A stretch of 31,991 nt of DNA from Octopus sinensis (taxonomy: Eukaryota). The notes beneath the pieces are model-generated. The model saw only the letters and a program-made list of their open reading frames with translations. It searched no databases and was not told where the DNA came from. The stretch is from positions 1-31,991 of the forward strand of contig NW_021834066.1 of assembly GCF_006345805.1 (NCBI RefSeq), written 5' to 3'. This document shows, one piece after another, positions 1 through 9,804 of this stretch (the stretch's first letter is position 1; each line of letters begins with the position of its first letter). The position numbers and the translations under genes are program-made.

Positions 1-208
1 TATGTCTGCCTGTTTGTCTATCTGTCTGCCTGTGTGTCTTTCTTTCTGTCTATCTATCAACAATCAATCAATCTGTTTATCTATATATTTATCTATCTAT
101 CAATGTCTGTCTGTCTATTCATCCCTTCCTCCATACCTCTATCGATCTACCTCGATGTCTAGAGATATAAAATGAGAGAATTATGGATGCAATGATAGCC
201 AGACAGAC

Positions 209-280
<72 letters not shown>

Positions 281-290
281 GTAGATAGCA
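1..290. repeat. Compound tetranucleotide microsatellites (TCTA/TCTG)n and (GATA)n
   Basis: Degenerate TCTA/TCTG run at 1-118 and GATA run at about 199-288; these produce the IYLS-repeat ORFs in the track. Confidence 0.95.
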
Positions 291-792
291 GGGTGTAACA
301 TATCTGCTCAAATGATTCCAAATAATCACTCTTCCTATGTAAATTAACAAAAGGCGCACTAATCAGTGTTAGTAGAAATATAGATATGTACAATTATATT
401 TAACACGACATACAAAATCATGCCAAAAAAAAAAAACAACCACGTGTCGTATTATCCAACGATATTAGTGCATAGCCAGAGGTGTGTTTTTCCCATATAT
501 ATCTCACCCCAGACAATTTTTGCTGCGAAGGTCTTTCAAAGTTGGAGTGTATGCGAAAGTCATAAACACAACTGTAAACATTTGTACTTCAAACAATGCT
601 GCTTAGTATGCCTGTTAATTAATTCTAGCTTGAAAAAAGATTTGCACATCAGCAAATATTATCTACTGTTTAAATACAAAAACAGCTGTTGTTCGAGAGC
701 TATGAACCATGGAACCAAAATCGGTAACTGATGAAGTGCAACGACGCAGAAATACGTGTTCAATGGCCCGATAACATCATTCATAATCCTCT

Positions 793-945
793 GCTGTGTG
801 TCGTAAGAAGTATGCTACACACATGGGACCGGGTTCAGTCTCTCCATGTGACACCTTAGGCAAGTGTTTTTTACTATAGCCTCGGACCTACCAAATTCTT
901 GTAAGTTGATTTGGGATACGGAAACTGAAAGAAACACGACATATA
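793..945 (+). mobile_element. SINE family A, tRNA-like left part only
   Basis: GCTGTGTG..TAAG head, B-box-like GGTTCAGTC, GGCAAGTG, ends GGAAACTGAAAGAA then (TA)n; aligns to the reverse complement of 1888-2040. Confidence 0.8.
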
Positions 946-967
946 TATATATATATGTGTGTGTAAG

Positions 968-1232
968 AAGAAGAATTATTGCCTTTATTAAAAGTATTAA
1001 TAAAATGATAATAAGGTGGCTAGCAAGTTCACACCGTTACAGGTACAATATAAGTTAAATTTAGATTCAGTTGGGTATATAATACCACTTGCTAAAATCA
1101 GATTCAAGCTAATGGTATTATATACCGTACTAGATCTAAATTTACCTTATATTGTACCTGTAACGGTGTAAACTCACTAACCACCTTATTATTACCTTAC
1201 TAATACTATTAATAACAACGACAATTCTTCTT
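968..1232. mobile_element. Fold-back (MITE-like) element, about 126-bp arms and about 13-nt loop
   Basis: 968-1093 is the reverse complement of about 1107-1232, e.g. CACCGTTACAGGTACAATATAAG / CTTATATTGTACCTGTAACGGTG; mismatches are mostly transitions. Confidence 0.85.
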
Positions 1233-1343
1233 TATTTAAATTTTTTCTTGCTCACGATAGTTTTTTTTAAACAGAGTTGGACATTTAAAGTAAGGAACGC
1301 ACACGAGCTAATATGATTATTTTAGAAATAGATGTCAAAATGT

Positions 1344-1410
1344 TATTTTCAACTGAAGATCGCAGAGTATGTTTGTCATGCAAAGCGTGAAATCAATTGA
1401 TATTGAAATA
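1344..1410 (+). ncRNA. Candidate type I hammerhead ribozyme, probably from a Penelope-like element
   Basis: CUGAAGA 1353-1359; helix II CGC/GCG plus GUAUG/CAUGC; GAAA 1389-1392; helix III AUC-AAUU-GAU; cleavage triplet AUA 1400-1402; helix I UUUCAA 1347-1352 / UUGAAA 1403-1408. One non-canonical feature: U-U at the first helix II pair. Confidence 0.6.
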
Positions 1411-1619
1411 TACATTACTTACTGATGTATCCAACGCAATGGTAAGCCTATTTCTCATATGTTCACTGTATTGCTCATATGTATATTTATCGTGAGTTTA
1501 TGGTGTTTTTGGAGGGGCATTGGATCTGAGTTTAGCAGAGGTATTATATGCCCTACTGAATATATATAATATATATATATATATATATAATATATATAAT
1601 ATAGAGATATAATACTCTT

Positions 1620-2040
1620 ACTCTTTACCTTTTTACTGTTTCAGTCATTTGACTGCGGCCATGCTGGAGCACCGCCTTTAGTCGATCAAATCGACCCCGG
1701 ACTTATTCTTTGTATGCCGAGTACTTATTCTATCGGTCTCTTTTGCCGAACCGCTAAGTTACGGGGACGTAAACACACCGCATCGGTTGTCAAGCAATGC
1801 TAGGGGGACAAAAACACACACAATATATATATATTATATATATATATAGATATATATATATAATATAATATATATATATATATATTACGACAGGCTTCTT
1901 TCAGTTTCCGTCTACCAAATCCACTCACAAGGTATTGGTCGGCCCGAGGCTATAGCAGAAGACACTTGCCCAAGATGCCACGCAGTGGGACTGAACCCGG
2001 AACCATGTGGTTGGTTAGCAAGCTGCTTACCACACAGCCA
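1620..2040 (-). mobile_element. SINE family A, full-length, with internal (TA)n
   Basis: Minus strand: GGCTGTGTGGTAAG head, GGTTCAGTCCC B-box, central TA/TG microsatellite, 3' tail GGCGGTGCTCCAGCATGGCCGCAGTCAAATGACTGAAAC; many similar copies in the window. Confidence 0.9.
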
Positions 2041-2069
2041 ATACATATATATATATAAATATATATATA

Positions 2070-2603
2070 ATAAGCAGAAAATGGAGAAAATTTTTCATTA
2101 ACAAACAAATTGACCAACACCTGTTAATTTTTTTGATACAAAACTTAACATTGCTTACTGCCTTTTCGGCTACCAATGTCAGTCGGTGCCTACAAAGAAA
2201 ATTCCGAAAATAATAGTCGCCATCTTTATAGTAAATTCGATCTAGTACATGAAGCTTCATCAGAGTGAATGCAAATACATAAATAAAAGATGGGCGTAAG
2301 AGTAAACTAGCAAAATCTAGAAAAATAATTGGCGGGTTATCTCTTTTTATAGGGGTACCAGGGTGTTGCTCATCGACCTCAAACTTCCCTCTTCCCTTCT
2401 TTTATTTCACTCTGATGAAGTTTCATGTACTAGATCGAATGTGTTATAAAGATGATGAATATTATTTTCGGAATTTTCTTTATAGGGAGACTGACATTGG
2501 TAGCCAAAACGGCCGTAAGCAATATTAAGTTTTTTAATAAAAAATAATTAACCGATGTTGGTCAGTTTGTTTGTTAATCAAAATTTTTCTCCATTTTCTG
2601 CGT
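2070..2603. mobile_element. Inverted pair of about 200-bp Penelope-type terminal repeats with hammerhead-like cores
   Basis: 2070-2294 and 2393-2603 are reverse complements (roughly 85% by eye); CTGATGAAG...TCGAA at 2412-2439 (+) and 2257-2263 (-). Confidence 0.8.
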
Positions 2604-2809
2604 ATTTTAAATTTGATTCCTGATAAATTCTTGTTTATTCTGATATTACCTTTACCCTATGAGCATAGTGTGTTTATATAACTCCGAATGACTAGTCCTT
2701 GCTTTCTTTGTATCGTCTATCTGGATGATTTGCGTTCTTGTCCCATTTTGTATTACACACACACACACACAACACACACACACACACACACACACATAGG
2801 GGGAAAGTT

Positions 2810-2942
2810 CACGAAAACAGGTGGCGTACAAAACAAACAGATGTATTAGTATAACGCTCAGGAATTGAAAAAGTCTTTTACGTTTCGAGCCTACGCTCTT
2901 CAACAGAAAAGAGATACAGAAAAAAAAAAACAAGGCGAGAAA
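2810..2942 (-). mobile_element. Penelope-type terminal repeat (family P2), left arm
   Basis: Minus strand CTGTTGAAGAGCGTAGGCTCGAAACGTA; reverse complement of 3360-3490; third copy at 8260-8395. Confidence 0.75.
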
Positions 2943-2945
2943 CAT

Positions 2946-3299
2946 GAGGCGCAATGGCCTAGTAATTAGGGCAGCGGACTCGCGGTCGTAGGATCGCGTT
3001 TTCGATTACCAGACCGGGCGTTGTGAGTGTTCGTTGAGCGAGGCTCCGGCAGGGGATGGTATTGAACACTGGTGTGCTTTTCACCACAACTTTCTCTCAC
3101 TCTTTCTTCTTATTTCTGTTGTACCTGTATTTCAAAGGGCCAGTCTTGGTACACTGAGGCACGCTGAATCTCTCTGAGAACTACGTTAAAGGAACACGTG
3201 TATGTGGAGTGCTCAGCCGCTTCCGTGTTAATTTCACGAGCAGGCTGTTCCGTTGATCGGATCAACTGGAACCCTCATCGTCGTAACCGACGCAGTGCC
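2946..3299 (+). mobile_element. tRNA-derived SINE family C
   Basis: A-box-like TGGCCTAGTAA, B-box-like TTCGATTACC; 3' part GTACCTGTATTTCAAAGGGCCAG...CGTCGTAACCGACG shared with 17143-17438. Confidence 0.8.
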
Positions 3300-3359
3300 T
3301 CCCGTGTAACCCCTCTGTCCGGCATTCGCCATGATAGATCGCTAGCCATTAAAACCAGA

Positions 3360-3490
3360 CTATATTCTATCCCTGTTTATTTCTGTGTTCCTTTCTGTCG
3401 AAGAGCGTAGGCTCGAAACGTAAGAGACTTTCTCACTTCCCAAGCGTTAAACTAATACATCAGTTTGATGTTTACACACCCGTTTTCGTG
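3360..3490 (+). mobile_element. Penelope-type terminal repeat (family P2), right arm
   Basis: CTGTCGA 3395-3401, GAGC-GTAG-GCTC hairpin, GAAACGTA 3415-3422. Confidence 0.75.
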
Positions 3491-3544
3491 TTTCGCTATT
3501 CTCACTATATATATTTACATACACACACATATATATACATACAT

Positions 3545-3614
<70 letters not shown>

Positions 3615-4162
3615 AGGTATGTGTGTATGTGTGTGTGTGTCTCTCTGTCTGTGTTTGTCCAACACCACCGCTTGACAATGGGTGTTGGAGTGTTCCTGAA
3701 ATTCCTTCCAAGTTCGAAATAACATGAGCGTGTTGAATTTAATTCTATACGCCAATATGTTCTTGTGATTCCAGGTTTTCATTGAATTTGTCGATTTTTA
3801 TAGCATTATTTTTATAAAATACATTTCTAACATTCGGCTATTAAAATCAATTATCATATCCTGTAAAACCTGTAATACTAGTTATTGAACAATCACAGTA
3901 CCTCTATATACACCCATATATATTTATGCATACATACGCACACAAAAACCCTCCACACTCGGAAGCATACATACTTATATGCAGATAGATAAGTGAATGC
4001 ACTTTTGTGTGAACTTATATATATATGTATTGACACAAATTATATACGTATATTTAAACAATATATTTATATGTATTTATACAGTTTATGTAATTACTTT
4101 TCGAATATAAAACAGGTTTTACACTAAAATAAACAAAATTACGAAATTAGTTATAAATATTG

Positions 4163-4432
4163 GTTTCCAGCTTTGGCACAAGGCCATGAAATTGGAGGGA
4201 AGTGAAAAGTCGATTACATCGACCCAAGTATCCAACTATAACTTAATTTAATCTTTACTACTCTAGGCACAAGGCCCGGAAATAGTGGCGAGGGTGCCAG
4301 TAGATTAGATCGACCCTAGTATGCAACTGGTACTTAATTAACCGACCCCGAAAGGATGAAAGGCTAAGTCGACCTCGGCGGAATTTGAACTCAGAACGTA
4401 ATGACAGACGAAATACCGCTAAGCATTTCGCC
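4163..4432 (-). mobile_element. SINE family B variant with alternative tail and tandemly duplicated 3' module
   Basis: 4320-4432 matches the family B body (CCCCGAAAGGATGAAAGG..GTCGACCTCGGCGGAATTTGAACTCAG); module GGCACAAGGCC...GATT..ATCGACCC occurs at 4175 and 4266. Confidence 0.8.
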
Positions 4433-4540
4433 TTGGATCTAGGCTAGAAACCGGTTTTTATTGGCAAGAAATCTTGAAATAAACCGGAATAACATATATA
4501 CATACATACATACATACATACATACATACATACATACATA
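4430..4540 (+). mobile_element. Unclassified repeat family E, 3' end with (CATA)n tail
   Basis: CTTGGATCTAGGCTAGAAAC...CAAGAAATCTTGAAATAAA..GAATAA-(CATA)n; second copy at 11550-11665. Confidence 0.6.
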
Positions 4541-4542
4541 CA

Positions 4543-4870
4543 TGATGATGGCTTCCTCCTCGTTATCGAGTATGGCCATTGCACAAGGCATATCTGTTAA
4601 CGGTACTGTGATCGAATGTAACTTTTTAGCCCAGCTACAGATCTACAATGTTTGTACAGAATTGGCATCTAAAACCTTTACTGGCAATAACTGGCTGTCG
4701 TATTTGGGCTTCATGTACCTTTGCATATCGTTCAAGTCCTCCGGCCGAATCACAATCCCTTCCACATGTCTGATAGATATGATTAGTAAGGTGTGTAGTA
4801 TCACCACCAGCGGCCTGGTAGTCAATCATCATATAAGACTTTTGGTGGTACACTCAAGCAAAATAGTAAA
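4543..4870 (-). mobile_element. Degenerate 3' end of an RTE-like LINE with two C2H2 zinc fingers and (TATG)n tail
   Basis: Translation YQTCGRDCDSAGGLERYAKVH and FRCQFCTN[frameshift]CRSVAGLKSYIRSQ both fit C-x2-C-x12-H-x3-H spacing after single-base reversions; ends GGCCATACTCGATAACGAGGAGGAAGCCATCATCATG then microsatellite. Clade is inferred. Confidence 0.6.
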
Positions 4871-4995
4871 TTGGGGATTCACAGTAGCGTTTTAAGGGCC
4901 CCTGAAAAAAATTTGCTTTCGATGTATTTATTGTAAGAAACGGCTAGATTTCTTTCTCTAACATTCTTCATATTTCAAACTACAGAAGCTCCATG

Positions 4996-5208
4996 AGGCT
5001 CCGGTAGAAGGTAATAGCGAACTTCGCTGACTCGTTCGTCACAACTTTCTCTCGCTCTTTCCTTCTGCTTCTTGCAGCTCACCTGCGACGGACCGGCGTC
5101 CCGTCCAGGTGGGAAACCTATACGTCACGGAAACCAGGAAACCAGCCCGTATGAGCCAGTCATGGCTCAAGAAGGAACAAACAACAACAACAACAACAAC
5201 AACAACAT
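4996..5208 (+). mobile_element. 5'-truncated SINE family D with (AAC)n tail
   Basis: GAGGCTCCGG...ACAACTTTCTCTC shared with 3041-3100; CCTGCGACGGACCGGCGTCCCGTCCAGG domain; (AAC)n 5179-5207. Confidence 0.65.
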
Positions 5209-6383
5209 CTACAAAACTAGTCTTTAAACATCGAATAGCTATGGGTGGGTCCACCAGTATAAAATAGTAATCAGAGGGTCCATAGTTTAAAAAAAAATAG
5301 CTGCGAACCAGTGATTTAGAACTCACCGGATCTGAACTGAAAACTTGGCACAGCTTCCACAGCAATTATCGAGCTTTTGCATTGCCACGGCCCTTGAGTA
5401 AAGCTTTAATAACACAAGCAAATTTCCTTCTCATTTATAAAGACTAATGACTATGGAAGAAATCAATTACATAGCTATTTATTTTTTCTCATCCCTGTTG
5501 CTTTTATCGTGTAACGACCGCCTTATTTTAGTTAAAAATTGTTGAATACATTTGCCGAGTTTCAGGTTGGAAATAAGGATTCATGCCAAAGTTCTCAAGA
5601 GCATGGAACTATCTGTGAGTGCCATTAAAATGTCATCAGTAAGACGATCTTGCTTTACAGACCTCGAATGCCTCCAAGGAAGTGTAAAAATCCATTATGA
5701 AAGTACGGTAAGCATTCTTGCGAATCTTGGGTTCCCTACTCCTCTTGTACTTAACAGTGATTGAGGAGCGAGATGTAGTAGTGACGACGGTGGAAGTGAT
5801 GCTGGTAGAATAAGGACTCGAGATGCTGGAGAAAGCACACGTTAATAATAGTTTCCGTTTTTACTTGGAGGCATTCAAAATGTCTGCCGTGGCAGTGAAA
5901 GTAGATACATGGTAATCCTTTGTCGAATCTGTTGGCAAGAGAGAACACGTGAATCAAATCCAAAATTTCAATCATATTATCTATCAGCAAGCTATCTCGC
6001 AGCATTTTTAGTGTGTAACTAGCCAAAATTTTTGTGTGTTAGGTCGAAAAAAGACAAAAAAGAAAAAGCAAAAAAAAAAAAACATAACGAAGCTGTAGAT
6101 TGTAACAGTAAAAATCTAAATAATTTTCTTCCATAGCATTCCTTCCAGAACCCTCCAGTAAAGAAATTCATTGAATCCTAAATAGTGATTGAACATCCAT
6201 CGTAGATCTATTGTTGAAAGGCTTTTCAAAATTTTCTTCATTGCTGTTGGTATATTTTTTCCGGTCTTCTTTACTGTTATGTTCTTCTTCTTCTTATTGT
6301 TTTTTTTATTTCCTTCTTTCACTTACCGTGTCTTCTTCATGAAGTGTGTGGTGCATTTATGTCGCTCCCCCCATATATATATA

Positions 6384-6421
<38 letters not shown>

Positions 6422-6722
6422 GTATAAAATATATACATAGGTATATATAATATAAGTATATATATATAGTATATATAGGTAAATATATATATTTATGTAT
6501 ATACTATACATACACATATATACATATACACATGCACACATACACACAAACAAACACACTCACACACTCGCGCGCTCACACATGTATACATGTATATATG
6601 TAAAAATATATATGCCTATATATTGTGTGTATTTATGTGCCTCTGTACGTGTGTTTCAATGTGTTTGTGTGAGTGAATGTGTGTATGAATGTGTGTATGT
6701 GTGTGCGTCCGTGTGTGTGCTT

Positions 6723-6760
<38 letters not shown>

Positions 6761-7039
6761 TCTATGTGTGTGTGTGTGTGTGTGTGAATGTGTCTTGTCA
6801 ATTTCTTTTTCTCGAGTGATATATTCATTCTGAAAAGACAAAAAAAAAATACGTATATATATCAATAATAATCAGAAGAAAAAAAAAAAACTACAAAGCT
6901 TCAATTGTGAAGAAAATTGAATTAAATCTACTCTAATTGGTAACATTGTCTTTCACACAATAACAAATATGAGAGAAAATGGTAAAGCCTTTGTTGGAAT
7001 TTTAACACAATTCCAAATAGGAAACATTTTTACTCCGTT

Positions 7040-7041
7040 AC

Positions 7042-7088
<47 letters not shown>

Positions 7089-7112
7089 TATTATTATTAT
7101 TATTATTATTAT
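7040..7112. repeat. (TTA)n microsatellite
   Basis: Near-perfect TTA run. Confidence 0.95.
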
Positions 7113-7926
7113 ATTTCTAGGGTATGTTTTTTACAACCTTCTCTTCTACGATGCATTTTTTCGGTTTCATAATTTTACGCTTTCAGCGTTTTCCCTTTAT
7201 TTTAGAAGAAATTTCCCGCCAATTCTTTTCCCAATTTTTAATATATTTTTGCTAATTTTATTATATTTTATTTCTCTATCTATTTATGGATTTTTTTTTC
7301 CTTTGCCTTCAAACCAGGAACGGAGTTGTCGTGACAACAATGGAATATATCTAAGGCGAAGTAACGATATGCCAGCTTCAACATCTTTCTTTATACGTCA
7401 AGTTTGATAAGAAGACATCGGTTATAAAGTTCTAGCCGATGGTCAGTCAGTAAGATCGCTTACATCGTAGTGATGACGTGGAGGAGTAAGTAAAGGTAAG
7501 GGTCAGTCTCATTTATTGAACCGGTTCAATAACTATAAGCAAATCAATCAGTCTGGTCAATCAATTATTCATAACCTAGGCCAAAGGCTAGGTTTCAGGG
7601 TCTCAGTTTTTGATGAACCCAGTAAAATTTTGCATGCTGTGCAAGGGCCGGTCATAGTTTCCATTTAGACTTCTGTTTAATATTAAATTTAATAGACTTT
7701 AACGCTCACGCACAGGGGACACACTTAGACAATTATGGAAGCAATCGCTCAAATACATATACATACATACGAAGAAACATTCATGAATATACATATAATG
7801 TATGTGTCGCGTTCTATTTGTGAATATATATGTTTAAATGTATATACATACATACATATATATATAAATATATATAATATATATATATATATATAATGTA
7901 TATATGGATATGTATATATATAGATC

Positions 7927-7982
<56 letters not shown>

Positions 7983-8218
7983 ATCAATAAATGTATATAA
8001 ATATATCGATACACACAAATATATGCATATTCATAGTATGTTGATCTGTAGGCATGGGTGTGTACATGGAGGTTGTGTATATATGCAATATGTGATGTTT
8101 GCTTGCAGGTATATACACACACACACACATATATATATATAGATATATTGTATGTATGTATGTATTATGTATGTAATGTATGTATGTATGTATGTATTAT
8201 GTATGAATGTATGTATAT

Positions 8219-8256
<38 letters not shown>

Positions 8257-8259
8257 ACG

Positions 8260-8395
8260 GGAAGCTTTATGAAAATAGACAAAAGACGAAGGCAGGTGGA
8301 AAACAAACAAACAATTGTATTAGTATGGCGCTCAGGAATATAATAAAACAAGTCTTAAACGTTTTCGAGCCTACGCTCTTTCAACAAAAGATACA
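8260..8395 (-). mobile_element. Penelope-type terminal repeat, family P2, decayed
   Basis: TGTATTAGTAT..CGCTCAGGAAT...CGTTTTCGAGCCTACGCTCTT matches 2810-2915. Confidence 0.75.
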
Positions 8396-8412
8396 TATAT
8401 ATATATATATAT

Positions 8413-8460
<48 letters not shown>

Positions 8461-8924
8461 TACATATATATACGTATCTATTTATATCGCTTGAGAAATA
8501 GTCACATGCACACTCAAATAGATACATCTCAATATTTTTTTATGGATTTATCTACCCCCCCCGCACACACACGCACACAATATATACACGGATATATATG
8601 TCACACACACACACACACACACACAACCACACACATATATGCAATTTCAGCGTGGAAAGTATTTATAAGCCTTTTAAAAACATAAAAACTGTTAGATGCA
8701 CTTCAACGTTTAAATTTAATTTGCCAAAATATGTTTGACGCTTTGAGACCGCTACCCGTTCACAGACAAAAATATTTTGGCAAATTAAATTTAAATGTTG
8801 AAGTGAATCTAACGGTTTTTGTGCGTTTTTAAATGGCTTATAAATACCATCCACGCTGCGTATGTTTTTGTTTCAGCATACTATCTCAGATCAGGTCTCT
8901 TGCTATGCAAGTACATATTTTTTT

Positions 8925-9139
8925 TCTTTTACTTGTTTCAGTCATTTGATTGCGGCCATGCTGGAGCACCGCCTTTAGTCGAGCAAATCGACCCCAGGAC
9001 TTATTCTTTGTAAGCCCAGTACTTATTCTATCGGTCTCTTTTTGCCGAACCGCTAAGTGACGGGGACGTAAACACACCAGCATCGGTTGTCAAGCAATGC
9101 TAGGGGGACAAACACAGACACACAAACACACATACATAT
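8925..9139 (-). mobile_element. SINE family A, 3' half (split by LINE insertion)
   Basis: Near-identical to 1630-1820. Confidence 0.9.
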
Positions 9140-9489
9140 GATTGATTGATTTGATTTTGATTTTTCCAGTTTCAGCTAATGAGCTGTGGCCATGCTGGGG
9201 CACCGCCATTTGGTTTGCTACACGATTTTACCTCACGGATGCTTTTTAGGCAAACGCCATCTGATGCATGAGAGAGTTCGATGCAGCTGCCCTCATCTGC
9301 ACCTCCTGCCGTGAAGTTGGTTCATAATCCGGACACCTGACAGGAAGAGGTCCAGTCCCTACTTTAAGACATCCGCATCTACACCAGACAGGTCCCCTCA
9401 GGTTCTTCGGAGGATATTGAAGAGCCGTGGGCCTCTGAAGCCCGGGCTATCACAATATCTTGTCCTACATCTTGATGGCAAATTTGGAG
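9140..9489 (-). mobile_element. 5'-truncated CR1/L2-group LINE 3' end
   Basis: Frameshifted translation GPRLFNIL...LDLFLSGV...EPTSRQEVQMRAAASNSLMHQMAFA*, typical of the C-terminus of CR1/L2-like RT ORFs; short 3' UTR; (TCAA)n tail; ATACATAT on both flanks (9132-9139, 9490-9497). Confidence 0.8.
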
Positions 9490-9496
9490 ATACATA

Positions 9497-9655
9497 TATA
9501 CGACAGGCTTCTTTCAGTTTCCGTCTACCAAATCCACTCACAAGGCATTAGTCGGTCCGGGGCTATAGAAGAAGACACTTGCCCAAGATGTCACGCAGTG
9601 GGACTGAACCCGGAACCATGTGGTTGGTTAGCAAGCTACTTACCACACAGTCACT
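9497..9655 (-). mobile_element. SINE family A, 5' half (split by LINE insertion)
   Basis: Near-identical to 1885-2040. Confidence 0.9.
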
Positions 9656-9761
9656 CTCCGTAATATATATATATATATATATAAGCGTAGCTCAGCAAAT
9701 AATTACTCCAGCCAGTGAAACACTCCATCCAGTGAGAGATAAATATCATGTGAAGCATTCT

Positions 9762-9804
9762 GTATAAAGACACGAGCTACTATTAGAAGCTCGTGTCTTT
9801 ATAC
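9762..9804. other. Perfect hairpin, 17-bp arms, 9-nt loop
   Basis: GTATAAAGACACGAGCT (9762-9778) / AGCTCGTGTCTTTATAC (9788-9804). Confidence 0.95.

Noticed and set aside
720-765. CTGATGA..GAAA at 728-752 as a functional hammerhead
   Set aside because: The closing C of helix II is missing, G occupies the cleavage position and helix I is weak; counted only as a relic.
4643-4825. Minus-strand ORF with a signal-peptide-like start and YDSQLLPV, superficially like a Cys-loop or chemotactile receptor N-terminus
   Set aside because: It starts at TTG, stops after 60 codons and runs into a microsatellite; an overlapping frame gives two correctly spaced C2H2 fingers and a LINE-like tail, which explains the region better. 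A tblastn against Cys-loop receptors would settle it.
4882-5320. hAT-like ends (CAGTAG.. and ..GAACCAGTGATTTAG) around SINE D
   Set aside because: Only the right end resembles a hAT terminus; no matching TIR or 8-bp TSD could be shown.
5540-6020. Non-repetitive block with LTDDIL (YADD-like) on the minus strand and a 13-bp inverted repeat (5666-5678 / 5864-5876)
   Set aside because: Other RT motifs could not be placed convincingly, and one 13-bp inverted repeat is compatible with chance.
6321-6370. Minus-strand GTAAGT donor preceded by ATGAAGAAGACACG
   Set aside because: No acceptor or promoter context; upstream is microsatellite.
7291-7500. Strong-looking plus-strand splice acceptor at 7316-7317
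   Set aside because: All three frames stop within 30 codons and no recognisable product; could be non-coding but unsupported.
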